Shown piece by piece: positions 1-9,227 of a stretch of DNA of 64,000 nt (its first letter is position 1; each line of letters starts with the position of its first letter). The stretch is from NCBI GenBank assembly GCA_905479875.1, contig CAJQOG010000060.1, forward strand, positions 3,853-67,852, given 5' to 3'. Origin of the DNA: an uncultured Gammaproteobacteria bacterium (GTDB taxonomy: Bacteria; Pseudomonadota; Gammaproteobacteria; Steroidobacterales; JABDMI01). The position numbers were made by a program, and so were the translations under genes. The notes beneath the pieces are model-generated. The model worked only from the letters and a program-made list of their open reading frames with translations, searched no databases and was not told the origin of the DNA.

Positions 1-843
1 AAATCAGCTGACCAAGCATTATGGAAATTATTTATCCAGCGTTATGCAAAAATAGACCCAGCTAATCATGTTACTGAATTTAATGCCTGGTTCGGCATTA
101 ATGGTAACGATTTAGATGAAAGCCAATTATCTTATACTTTAGACAAGATGTATTCTAAAACATCTTTAGATCAGTTAGAAACTCGCTTAGCTCTACTTGA
201 TGCATCAGTCGATGACTTAGAAAAGAGCACCGATCCTTTCATGCAATTAGCTGTTGCTCTTTACGATACAAACAAGCAAGTTGAAGATGCTGGCAAAACA
301 CTAAGTGGTAAATTGCAAGAAACCCGTCCACAATATATGCAAGCTATTATTGATTACAAAACGGAACTAGGCGAGCCAATTTATGCCGATGCCAACAGTA
401 CATTACGTGTCACAGTAGGCAATGTAAAAGGTTATAGCGCTAAGGATGCCGTGCAATACACACCTTTCACTTCTCTGCGCGGTATTCTTCAGAAAGATAC
501 AGGTATCGAGCCATTTAACTCCCCTCAAAATCAACTTGATGCTATTAATGCTAAAGAATACGGTCCTTATTTTGAAAAGTCATTAGATTCGGTACCAGTT
601 AACTTTTTAAGTACTCTTGATATTACTGGTGGCAATTCCGGATCAGCAACCTTAGATAAAAATGCTGAATTTGTTGGCCTAGCATTTGATGGAAACTACG
701 AAAGCATTAATGCCGATTGGGATTTTAATGAAAAAATCGCTCGCTCAATTCATGTAGATGTTCGTTATATGTTGTGGACAATGGATAGACTCTATGGTGC
801 CGACAATCTACTTAAAGAAATGGGCGTAACATCTGCTTTTTAA
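1..843 (+). CDS. S46 family (DPP7/DPP11-like) serine peptidase, C-terminal part; 5' end lies outside the window
   Basis: Frame 1 is open from base 1 (KSADQALWKLF...) into the 148..843 ORF. The motif ITGGNSGSATLDKNAEFVGLAFDGNYESI resembles the catalytic-Ser region of S46 peptidases. Confidence 0.75.
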   Translation, partial: KSADQALWKLFIQRYAKIDPANHVTEFNAWFGINGNDLDESQLSYTLDKMYSKTSLDQLETRLALLDASVDDLEKSTDPFMQLAVALYDTNKQVEDAGKTLSGKLQETRPQYMQAIIDYKTELGEPIYADANSTLRVTVGNVKGYSAKDAVQYTPFTSLRGILQKDTGIEPFNSPQNQLDAINAKEYGPYFEKSLDSVPVNFLSTLDITGGNSGSATLDKNAEFVGLAFDGNYESINADWDFNEKIARSIHVDVRYMLWTMDRLYGADNLLKEMGVTSAF

Positions 844-870
844 CTTGCTCAAAATTAGTTTGGAAAAATT

Positions 871-1608
871 ATGACCAATTTGACGCTTGAAGAATTACTT
901 AAAGAAAACCTTTTACCCAAAGATTTACGTTTCTCGCCGTTTAAGATTGTGTCACGTTGGTTTAACCAGGCTGTTGATCTAGCGTGGCAGCCTAACCCAA
1001 ACAATATGGTAATCAGCACGGTTCAAGAAAGCACTCAAAAGAAAACCGTTCAAGCCAGTGTATTAGATAACGAGGCTTCTGAAGAAAAGGTATATGTACC
1101 TGATGCACGTGTTGTTTTGTGCAAAGATATGAATATTGAAAAAGGCTACTTGGTTTTTTATAGCAATTATCAATCGGCCAAGGGTCAACAGCTAAAATTA
1201 AATGCAAATGCCACCGCGCTTTTCCATTGGGATAATCTAGGACGTCAAGTTCGAATCAGCGGTAAGGTTATGAAATCCCCAGTGATGGAAAGTGAAAACT
1301 ATTACAACTCACGCAATCCATTGAGTCGCATTGGGGCTTGGGCGTCTGATCAGAGTCAAAGCATAGCTTCACGTCAAGCCTTAGTTGATCGTGTAGAAGA
1401 AGAGCAACAACGCTTCAAGCCAGCTGGTGAAAACATCCCAAGACCACCTCATTGGGGTGGATATAGATTGTGGGCAAATAAAGTGGAATTATGGATTTCA
1501 CACCCTGGACGTATTCATGATCGTGCAGTCTGGACTCGTGAAATTAAAGACCAACAAGAAGATCAATTCCATTTTAGCAAATGGTCATCTACTCGTCTGC
1601 AGCCATAA
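871..1608 (+). CDS. pdxH: pyridoxamine 5'-phosphate oxidase
   Basis: Collinear with E. coli PdxH by recall. It has the HWGGYRL, ELW and GRIHDR motifs and the typical C-terminal RLQP. It carries an extra ~25-aa insert near residues 50-78. Confidence 0.9.
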   Translation: MTNLTLEELLKENLLPKDLRFSPFKIVSRWFNQAVDLAWQPNPNNMVISTVQESTQKKTVQASVLDNEASEEKVYVPDARVVLCKDMNIEKGYLVFYSNYQSAKGQQLKLNANATALFHWDNLGRQVRISGKVMKSPVMESENYYNSRNPLSRIGAWASDQSQSIASRQALVDRVEEEQQRFKPAGENIPRPPHWGGYRLWANKVELWISHPGRIHDRAVWTREIKDQQEDQFHFSKWSSTRLQP

Positions 1609-1725
1609 TTGTGACTAAATGTTACTCACGTTCAGTTATAGTTCAGACTAGTTTGATAGTCTAGTTACATCAGAAGTCCGTCTCACTAGAATTTAGACGG
1701 TTGAGTAAATTGTAGGAGCGTTAAA

Positions 1726-2736
1726 TTGAATACACAGAGTATAGAAAACATCATTAAAAACAACAAGATAACTAGATATTTGGCACTTTCTGCTGTTTTA
1801 GTATCAGGCTTGTTTTTAAGCGGCTGCGTGAGCGACCCTTACGAAGATGATTACGGATATAGCTCTTCGCAAGGTGAATATTACGGCGATTATGATGAAG
1901 GATACGTTGATGAGCCTAGTACTCAAGTATCAGTTTACGCTTCTAGTGGCTCGCATCGTCATCGCTCAAGCTACTATGATCCATATTATGCTCGTCATTA
2001 TAATGGTTATTATTTTGACCCATTTTATGGTGTGTACTACTCTTACGGCGCTGGAGCTTATGGAGCTTATGGTTCTTATCGTAGTGGTTTTGGGTATTAT
2101 TGCCCATTACATCGTAGCTACTTTGGGCACTCCCATTATCGCTCGCATAACCATAGTCGTCATCACAGAAATGTAATTCGATATGACAGAAATCATCACC
2201 GACGTGATGCCCGTAACCGCAATCACCGTAATCGTAATAATGTCATTCAACCCAATACTGAAGCTCTTGCATCAAATACACGTCGAGCAGCTGGAGATCG
2301 TAATAGAGAAACCAGAAACCCAAGACGCGATAGCAATGTCAGCTTAGGTCAAAGTGGCTTAGATGGATCAATCGCTACTCGAGACAGACAACAACGACGC
2401 ATTAGAAACCGTGACAGACAAGGCAATGCTCAAGTGTCTTCTCCAAGAATACCTACGACCGCTGAGCCTACGCAGAATGCTAATTCGCAAACACAAGCCT
2501 TGAGTGATGCACGGCGTAGACAAATTGCGGCAGCTCGTGCTGAACATGCTCGAAGAGCTGAGGCGAACCAACAAAACCAAAATTCAAACTCCCAACAAGA
2601 ACGTCGCGAGTCAAACTCGAACAACTCATCTCGACGCGAGCGAGCTAGAGAACAAAGTCAATCACGTCGATCTTCTAATTCTGACCGCTCAAGCAATAGC
2701 CGCTCAAGAAGTAGGTCACGAACCCAAAGACACTAA
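1726..2736 (+). CDS. low-complexity lipoprotein (Tyr/Gly-rich, His/Arg-rich, Arg/Ser/Asn/Gln-rich); function unknown
   Basis: TTG start preceded by AGGAG 7 nt upstream. Signal peptide with lipobox LSGC. Terminator hairpin directly downstream. Extreme composition produces long ORFs in other frames, but only this frame has an SD and a signal peptide. Confidence 0.6.
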   Translation: MNTQSIENIIKNNKITRYLALSAVLVSGLFLSGCVSDPYEDDYGYSSSQGEYYGDYDEGYVDEPSTQVSVYASSGSHRHRSSYYDPYYARHYNGYYFDPFYGVYYSYGAGAYGAYGSYRSGFGYYCPLHRSYFGHSHYRSHNHSRHHRNVIRYDRNHHRRDARNRNHRNRNNVIQPNTEALASNTRRAAGDRNRETRNPRRDSNVSLGQSGLDGSIATRDRQQRRIRNRDRQGNAQVSSPRIPTTAEPTQNANSQTQALSDARRRQIAAARAEHARRAEANQQNQNSNSQQERRESNSNNSSRRERAREQSQSRRSSNSDRSSNSRSRSRSRTQRH

Positions 2737-2765
2737 AATTCTTAAGCTTTAAAACTGATACACTT

Positions 2766-2793
2766 AAGCCCTATTTTTCAATAGGGCTTTTTA
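2766..2793 (+). terminator. rho-independent terminator after the low-complexity lipoprotein gene
   Basis: Stem AAGCCCTAT / ATAGGGCTT followed by a T-run. Confidence 0.6.
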
Positions 2794-2861
2794 TTTCCTA
2801 AGAATTTAATCATGGCTTAGGATAAATTTATTAGCTCGAATATTTGGTTTTCTTTTTTAAA

Positions 2862-3635
2862 ATGAATGTATTAAGCTGCAAAAATTTAAGCCTCGAAGTA
2901 GGACTTGGTAAAGACAAGCAAGTGTTACTAAAAGATTGTAATTTTGACACAAATTCTGGTGATGTACTGTGTATTCTAGGAAGAAACGGCAGTGGAAAAA
3001 CCCATTTACTCAAAACACTAGCAGGCTTAATCAAACCTACAGCAGGGTTAGTTTATTTACAAAATTCTGTCATTGATGATTTAAGTAGAAGAAAGATAGC
3101 AAAAATTTTAGGCCTAATCACTCAAGCTCATGATGATCCTTTCCCAATAAATGTTTTTGATCATGCTCTTGCAGGCAGGCACCCACATTTAGGTTTTTTA
3201 GATTGGGAAGGTGTACATGATATTGAGTTAACTCAACATGCTTTGAGTAGAGTGGAGTTAGATAAGAAGCAAACACAGAATGTACAAACACTTTCTGGAG
3301 GGGAAAGAAAGCGATTAGCAATTGCCCGCGTACTTACACAAAACCCCGATGTCTATTTATGGGACGAACCGACTAACCATTTAGACCCAGCTCACCAACA
3401 ACAAACTACTGATTTAATTTTAGATTTAAAAAGCCAAAACAAGACTCAAGTCATCGCCTTACATGATGTAAATCATGCTGCACGCATTGCTACACATATT
3501 TTATATTTAATGGACGATGGTCAATGGTGCTTTGGTACAGCTGAAAAAATGCTTAGCTTAGAAGCCTTAGAAGCCGTCTACGATACAAGTTTTAAAATTT
3601 TTGAACAAGCAGGGCAGCGTTATTTTGTAATGTAA
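2862..3635 (+). CDS. ABC transporter ATP-binding protein, iron-siderophore/cobalamin (BtuD/FepC-like) class
   Basis: Walker A GRNGSGKTHLLKTLAG, signature LSGGERKRLAIARVL, Walker B LWDEPTNHLD. ATG at 2862 is preferred over the TTG at 2844. Confidence 0.8.
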   Translation: MNVLSCKNLSLEVGLGKDKQVLLKDCNFDTNSGDVLCILGRNGSGKTHLLKTLAGLIKPTAGLVYLQNSVIDDLSRRKIAKILGLITQAHDDPFPINVFDHALAGRHPHLGFLDWEGVHDIELTQHALSRVELDKKQTQNVQTLSGGERKRLAIARVLTQNPDVYLWDEPTNHLDPAHQQQTTDLILDLKSQNKTQVIALHDVNHAARIATHILYLMDDGQWCFGTAEKMLSLEALEAVYDTSFKIFEQAGQRYFVM

Positions 3636-3650
3636 TTTCTTTACTTATCT

Positions 3651-4439
3651 CTAAGTATAAGCAATTATATTCAGCAACTCATCATGCAAAATGCCATTTG
3701 TTGCCAACAAGTTAACCGTATTCAGTCCAACCGGCTTACCGTCTAACTGAGTAACTCTACCGCCAGCTGCTTCAACAATAACGGTTAAAGCCGCGATATC
3801 CAAAATATTAAGATCTGATTCAATAATTGCATCAATTTTTCCTGCCGCCAGCAAATGATAATGATAAAAATCACCATAACCACGATTACGACGAACTCGA
3901 CTAATCACTTTGCCCAGATTTTGCCACTGTGGCTTTAAAGCAATAGTTTTTAAATTGCCAGTAGATAAAGCAGCCTGCTCAAGCGTGTCGATAGCACTTA
4001 CGCTAAGTTTTTCGCCATTTAAAAAACCATCTTGACCCTTAATTGCAATAGCAATTTCATTAAACTGTGGCGCACTAGACACTCCCAATACCAATTCACC
4101 TTTATGCATTAAGGCAATTTGTGTAGAAAAAAACGGATAGCCGCGAACAAAACTTTTTGTTCCGTCAATTGGGTCAATTAACCAAAGAAACTCGGCATCC
4201 ATAGACTGTTGTCCAGTTTCTTCGCCATAAAACCCATCATCAGGAAACGCTTCTAATAATATTTTACGAATGGTTTTTTCAGATTCTACATCGGCCTGAG
4301 TTACTGGCGAATCATCGTCTTTAAGCTCAACCGATAACTCTCCATCTTGCTGAATTTTATAATAATGTCGGATAACTTCAGCAGCCGCTTGAGCAGCTTC
4401 TTGTGCTTTTCTTAATCGGATTGTCAGTGCGTGTGGCAT
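3651..4439 (-). CDS. inositol monophosphatase family protein (possibly HisN-type histidinol phosphatase)
   Basis: IMPase motifs WLIDPIDGTKSF and a downstream GDFYHYHLLAAGKIDA-type region. Confidence 0.8.
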   Translation of the reverse strand: MPHALTIRLRKAQEAAQAAAEVIRHYYKIQQDGELSVELKDDDSPVTQADVESEKTIRKILLEAFPDDGFYGEETGQQSMDAEFLWLIDPIDGTKSFVRGYPFFSTQIALMHKGELVLGVSSAPQFNEIAIAIKGQDGFLNGEKLSVSAIDTLEQAALSTGNLKTIALKPQWQNLGKVISRVRRNRGYGDFYHYHLLAAGKIDAIIESDLNILDIAALTVIVEAAGGRVTQLDGKPVGLNTVNLLATNGILHDELLNIIAYT

Positions 4440-4503
4440 GGTTTTCGCTCTAAATATATCGGTCTTAAATATCTACAAGCCGTATTATCTCATAAGCAAT
4501 AGC

Positions 4504-4531
4504 TTGACCTCAGAGTTTTCATGGTTAGAAT
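4504..4531 (+). promoter_or_regulatory. putative sigma70 promoter of the btuB leader
   Basis: TTGACC, 16 nt spacer, TAGAAT, placed just upstream of riboswitch helix P1. Confidence 0.4.
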
Positions 4532-4537
4532 GCACAG

Positions 4538-4790
4538 TTCAGGTGTTTTTGATTGTGTGCAAATTACATTCAAAACATTGGGAAGTTGGTGACACTTAGT
4601 ATTGATCATTTTTTGATATTAACAGTTAATTCCAACACTGCCCCCGCAACGGTGATTGAATTTAAAGTTTTTACACGCTTTTAATAAAGCAGCCACTGCG
4701 ACTCAGAAAACAGTCGTGGGAAGGCGTAAATTCCTTTATTAGCAAAATGCTAGTAAAAATTCATAAGTCCGGAGACCGACCTGTACAAAT
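4538..4790 (+). promoter_or_regulatory. cobalamin (B12) riboswitch
   Basis: Conserved elements are all present: GGGAAGTTGGTGA (4580-4592), AATTCCAACACTGCCCCCGCAACGGTG (4628-4654), GCCACTG...CGTGGGAAGGC (4692-4724) and the B12 box AGTCCGGAGACCGACCTG (4766-4783). P1 candidate is CAGGT 4540-4544 pairing with ACCTG 4779-4783. It sits upstream of a TonB-dependent receptor. Confidence 0.85.
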
Positions 4791-4908
4791 TTTTTTAGTC
4801 CGATCGCGGGTGGCGTATCTTGGCTGTTATTCTCTACTCACTAAAGTAGTTTATTTCGCCATACTCCTCTAGCTTTCAAACACGCAGCTAAACGTACGGG
4901 AGTTCTAC

Positions 4909-6780
4909 ATGGCGCGATACAACATTCAACAAAAACCTGCTTTATTCTTTATTCTCGCAAGCATAATGCTAAGTGCTTTTTATTCCACAGTAAGTATTCT
5001 CGCGAATGACGTGGTTGAAGAAGAAATATTAGTAACAGCCACACGATCTGCTAAATTACAAAGCGAATTGGCGATTGGTAATATCATTATTACCCGCGAA
5101 GATATTGAAAGGACTAATGCAGCTGATTTAGCTGATTTATTACGTTTTCAAGCGGGTTTAGATATAGGTCGAAATGGCGGACCTGGTCAAACCACATCAG
5201 TTTTCATACGTGGAACTGAATCAAATCATACATTAGTACTAATTAATGGCGTAAAAATGAACCCTGGCACCATTGGTGGCGCCGCAATTCAGAACATTAG
5301 CCCAGAAATTATTGAACGTATTGAAATCATTAAAGGCCCCCGCTCATCTCTCTATGGTTCTGAAGCCATTGGTGGCGTGATAAATATCATCACGCGTAAA
5401 ACTCAAGATACAGCCCTAAGCACAGAACTAGCTTTAGGCAGCTTTGGAAGCAAACAAATTACCACAAATAGTGAGTATCGCGATCAAGATAAGTTTGCTA
5501 GCTTTACACTTGATTGGAAAGATACAGATGGATTTGCAAGCCTGCGTGAGCAAACGCAAGATCGTGGACATGACAGTTTAAGTTTAAACTTACGAGCAGG
5601 CTTAAATATCCTTTCACAAGATGTTGAACTAAATCACTGGCAAACATCAGGCAATACTGAGTATTATGGTTTTGATACTAGCGCATTTACTACAGGACCC
5701 TTAGACCAAGATTTCAACAATGCTGTAACTTCTTTAAGCGTTGGGTCAACTTTATTAGAGCAATGGAAAAGTAATTTTATAATCGCTAAAGCCAATGATG
5801 CTATTAATCAAAATCAACTAGACTTTTTCTTTTTCCCTACTCCGCAAAAAGACTTAGTAGAAACTGATCGATTAAGTTTTGACTGGCAAAATTCTGTTAG
5901 TTTACAAAACGTTGAATTAACTGCTGGCGCATACTTTGAAAGGGAAAAAACTGAATCCTTATCATTTGGTAGTGCCTACAATGATAAAACTGAGTCTAAA
6001 GCCGTGTACTTTGGTGCCGACACCAAGTTGTTTGGACTTGATAGTATTATTGCAGCTCGTTATACGGAACATGAAACAGCTGGAAGTAATATCAGCTGGA
6101 ATACTGAATTTTCCTATCCAGTTAATTCAGATTTACGCCTTGGAATTACCGCTGGAACTGCATTCAGAGCGCCAGATGCTACTGATAGATTTGGATTTGG
6201 TGGTAACCCAAACTTAAAAACTGAGGAATCAACAAGCTTTAGCGCAGTACTCAATTGGAATAGCCGAGTAGGAAATATTAATTTTGAATTATTTCAAACA
6301 GACATTGATAACTTAATTGAAGCTGTAAATATTGATCCTGTAAATTTCATATTTCAAAATATCAATGTTGCTGAAAGCCAAATAAAAGGCATTGAATTAG
6401 GCCATAAAATTTTATTGAACGAATGGTCTTTCGAAACAACGGCCTTAGTTCAAAGCCCAAAAAATAAATTAGCAGATACAGACTTGCTACGCAGGGCGCG
6501 TCGTAGTTTATCGACTCATGTGGTAAGAAACTTTGACCAACTTAGCCTAGGCTTACAATTGTTAGCCAGTAGCAAACGTGTGGATATTGATGCCGTTAGC
6601 TTTGGAGCAGTAAAAAATTCAGGCTATGTGCTAACAAATCTAACTGGCTCTTATGACTTTACAAAAAATTTGTCTATGCAGGCAAAAATCGAAAACTTAT
6701 TGGATACTACCTACGAAACAGCAGCAGGCTATCAACAGGCTGAAAGACATTACTTATTAAGCCTTCGCTTAAGTTATTAA
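4909..6780 (+). CDS. btuB: TonB-dependent vitamin B12 outer-membrane receptor
   Basis: Signal peptide, TonB box (EEEILVTATR), plug-domain motifs (FIRGTESNHTLVLINGV, IEIIKGPRSSLYGSEAIGGVINIIT), and a beta-barrel ending in an aromatic residue. It is preceded by the B12 riboswitch. Confidence 0.85.
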   Translation: MARYNIQQKPALFFILASIMLSAFYSTVSILANDVVEEEILVTATRSAKLQSELAIGNIIITREDIERTNAADLADLLRFQAGLDIGRNGGPGQTTSVFIRGTESNHTLVLINGVKMNPGTIGGAAIQNISPEIIERIEIIKGPRSSLYGSEAIGGVINIITRKTQDTALSTELALGSFGSKQITTNSEYRDQDKFASFTLDWKDTDGFASLREQTQDRGHDSLSLNLRAGLNILSQDVELNHWQTSGNTEYYGFDTSAFTTGPLDQDFNNAVTSLSVGSTLLEQWKSNFIIAKANDAINQNQLDFFFFPTPQKDLVETDRLSFDWQNSVSLQNVELTAGAYFEREKTESLSFGSAYNDKTESKAVYFGADTKLFGLDSIIAARYTEHETAGSNISWNTEFSYPVNSDLRLGITAGTAFRAPDATDRFGFGGNPNLKTEESTSFSAVLNWNSRVGNINFELFQTDIDNLIEAVNIDPVNFIFQNINVAESQIKGIELGHKILLNEWSFETTALVQSPKNKLADTDLLRRARRSLSTHVVRNFDQLSLGLQLLASSKRVDIDAVSFGAVKNSGYVLTNLTGSYDFTKNLSMQAKIENLLDTTYETAAGYQQAERHYLLSLRLSY

Positions 6781-6815
6781 TACTGATAAGCTATTGGTTT
6801 AAACTGGAGAATAAT

Positions 6816-7391
6816 GTGGGTAATCGATTAAGTAAAATCTACACTAAAACGGGCGATCAAGGCACAACTGGACTTGGAAATGGAGAACGAGTTGCAAAAG
6901 ATGCAACTCGTGTTGAAGCATACGGAACTGTAGATGAACTTAATGCAAGCATTGGTTTGCTACTAAGCTGTGATAATTTAAGTTCAACAATTCGCAATTG
7001 CCTGGTTGAAGTGCAACATGATTTATTCGATTTAGGTGGTGAATTATGTATCCCTGGTTTTGAATTAGTTAAAGCTGAATTTACTGAAGCATTAGAAAAA
7101 ACCTTAGATGAACTTAATGCTGATCTACCTGCACTTAAAGATTTCATCCTACCGTCCGGTGGCGAAGCATCGTCTCGCTGCCATTTAGCTCGTACTATCT
7201 GCAGAAGAGCAGAACGTCGGGTGTGGACTTTAATTCAAGAAACTGAAGATGAAAAACTGGTTAACTTAGAAGGCGCTAAATACCTAAACCGTTTATCTGA
7301 TTTACTCTTTGTAATTGCGCGAGTACTCGCTAGAAAAGAAAATGGTAGTGAAGTTATTTGGAAACGTGGCAAATTAAAAGCTAAAGACTAA
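6816..7391 (+). CDS. PduO-type ATP:cob(I)alamin adenosyltransferase
   Basis: N-terminus IYTKTGDQGTTGL...RVEAYGTVDELNA is typical of PduO-type enzymes. GTG start with GGAG 6 nt upstream. Immediately downstream of btuB. Confidence 0.85.
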   Translation: MGNRLSKIYTKTGDQGTTGLGNGERVAKDATRVEAYGTVDELNASIGLLLSCDNLSSTIRNCLVEVQHDLFDLGGELCIPGFELVKAEFTEALEKTLDELNADLPALKDFILPSGGEASSRCHLARTICRRAERRVWTLIQETEDEKLVNLEGAKYLNRLSDLLFVIARVLARKENGSEVIWKRGKLKAKD

Positions 7392-7406
7392 AGAATTAAG
7401 TCATAT

Positions 7407-8330
7407 TTATTGTTCATCAGCACTAAACTTATTATTTCTCCAAACGTCAAGAACTTCACAAATATTCCTTGTTCCTTGCAACATCCGTAAACTTGCACGC
7501 GAAACTTCATCACCAGACACTTTTAAAATACTAGCCTGTGAAATACTCTCAAGCTTTTCCCAAGATTTACTGGTTTGCTCATAACTTTGATTAGTCGTTA
7601 ATATTACTTCTGGCTTTGCCGCTAACACCGCCTCAGGACTCAATGGACTGGCTAACTCAACGTGATTTGAAAACACATTTCGGGCTCCACATACTCGCAA
7701 CATTTCACTAATGGTATGAGCGCTCCCAATACTATAGATGGGTTGCGTTGAAATTTGATAAAACACAGCAATATTTTTTTTATTTTCGAACTCAGTTACA
7801 AGTGCCTGCAATTCTTGCTTGTATTGTTCGCTAATTCCAAGTGGCGGAACCTTAACTAGGTTACTTATTGCTTGTATTTGCTGTGGCAATTGAAAAAGAC
7901 TGGCGTTGGGAAATTTTTCAACTCTATACCCTCGCCTTTCTATTTCTGTAATTAAATGTTTAGGATTACCTCCTTCCCATGCCAGAATTAAATCTGGTTT
8001 AAGCTGAGCAAGCTTTTCCCAATCTATTCTAAATGCATCGCCTATTCGTGGAATACTCATGGCGTCTTCTGGATAGTCACTGTATTCGACTGTGGCTATA
8101 ATTCTATTTTGCACACCTAAACTAAAGAGCAGTTCAGTTAGATGAGGAGCAAGAGTAATTATTCTTTGAGGTGTTGCATCGAGCAAAAAATCATTCTGAT
8201 TAACAGACTTAGGCTCTTCCGACTCACAGGCAAACAAACAAGCAAACAATATGAGATAAAAATACCTGCTCAAATATTGGATCAATTTAGAGTGCCCCAC
8301 AAAGTAAGCAATGCAATTATTACGGCCCAA
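7407..8330 (-). CDS. btuF: periplasmic cobalamin-binding protein (ABC substrate-binding, BtuF-like)
   Basis: Collinear with E. coli BtuF by recall (RIITLAPHLTELLFSLG, LKPDLILAWEGGN). Lipoprotein-like signal LFACLFAC. The start is uncertain: there is no ATG, and TTG candidates lie at 8330, 8285 and 8273. Starting at 8273 removes the overlap with ampE. Confidence 0.75.
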   Translation of the reverse strand: MGRNNCIAYFVGHSKLIQYLSRYFYLILFACLFACESEEPKSVNQNDFLLDATPQRIITLAPHLTELLFSLGVQNRIIATVEYSDYPEDAMSIPRIGDAFRIDWEKLAQLKPDLILAWEGGNPKHLITEIERRGYRVEKFPNASLFQLPQQIQAISNLVKVPPLGISEQYKQELQALVTEFENKKNIAVFYQISTQPIYSIGSAHTISEMLRVCGARNVFSNHVELASPLSPEAVLAAKPEVILTTNQSYEQTSKSWEKLESISQASILKVSGDEVSRASLRMLQGTRNICEVLDVWRNNKFSADEQ

Positions 8331-9226
8331 ACCAAGGCACTACGTTTAACTAAATTTAAGGCCTCTGTAGTGCAATCTTTTGCGACCTTGGGATCAGCCA
8401 TAGCCAACTTATCTGGTGTATCTAAAGCAGCCGTACCAGTCTGTTGCATAACAGCTTGATTACTTGCGTAAAAATCACTAGCTTGTGAGTAATCTATATT
8501 TTTAAGTGCATACATAGCTCTGTCATAATTACCTGTAAGCACATAGCTTAGTGCAGTTAGACGAGCTGGTATATAACCTAACAACCCCTGTATTTGACGG
8601 AAGATGCCATTAACTTCTGTTGCTTGACTTATGTGACTATCACTCTGATTTTGAGAAATTTTGAAGCTTTCTCTACGCAAAGAATTAGTAGTGCGAAACA
8701 TAGCGGCGCCAACTGGGCCAAAAGGTAAGATTGCCGCAAAGATTAAATACCAAAAAATTACTGCAAAAAATCTTTTATTTCCTTGCGCTAAGATACCCTC
8801 AGTTACTGTACGCGAACAAGCTTCCAACATACTGTGCTCACGAATTTCAGTAAGTGGTAATGCCGCTTCGATGAGTAAAGCTTCTTTTTCAGCATTACCA
8901 GCAGGATCATTCAAAGCTTTTTGGTAATCTTCTACGTCACTCACCAAATCATGAGGCCCAAATGAGAAGAAGAGAACAATGACTGAAAAAATTATATAAA
9001 GAATTTTTTCATCTTCTATAACCAGCCATATATTTATTAAAATCACTGGCAAAAGAACTAATAACAGTGAGAATATCACTACTACTGTATTTAAGAATCT
9101 ATTTTTCTTAATTAACCCAAACCACATTGGTATATACACTTGGGCAACTCGAGGTGAACGCAAATGAAAAAGCTTTGTAGTAGCTGATTCTAAGAATATA
9201 CCTATCAATAATGCTAATAAATTCAT
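8282..9226 (-). CDS. ampE: AmpE-like inner-membrane protein
   Basis: Polytopic membrane protein whose ATG at 9226 follows the ampD stop by 1 nt, the classic ampD-ampE arrangement. The N-terminal 22 codons of the maximal ORF overlap ampD and were discarded. Confidence 0.65.
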   Translation of the reverse strand: MNLLALLIGIFLESATTKLFHLRSPRVAQVYIPMWFGLIKKNRFLNTVVVIFSLLLVLLPVILINIWLVIEDEKILYIIFSVIVLFFSFGPHDLVSDVEDYQKALNDPAGNAEKEALLIEAALPLTEIREHSMLEACSRTVTEGILAQGNKRFFAVIFWYLIFAAILPFGPVGAAMFRTTNSLRRESFKISQNQSDSHISQATEVNGIFRQIQGLLGYIPARLTALSYVLTGNYDRAMYALKNIDYSQASDFYASNQAVMQQTGTAALDTPDKLAMADPKVAKDCTTEALNLVKRSALVWAVIIALLTLWGTLN

Positions 9227-9227
9227 A

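Noticed and set aside
1847-2752. Alternative-frame ORFs (1847..2176 +, 2368..2580 -, 2430..2624 -, 2504..2752 +) overlapping the low-complexity lipoprotein gene.
   Set aside because: The biased composition suppresses stop codons in several frames. Only the 1726 frame has an SD, a start, a lipoprotein signal and a terminator.
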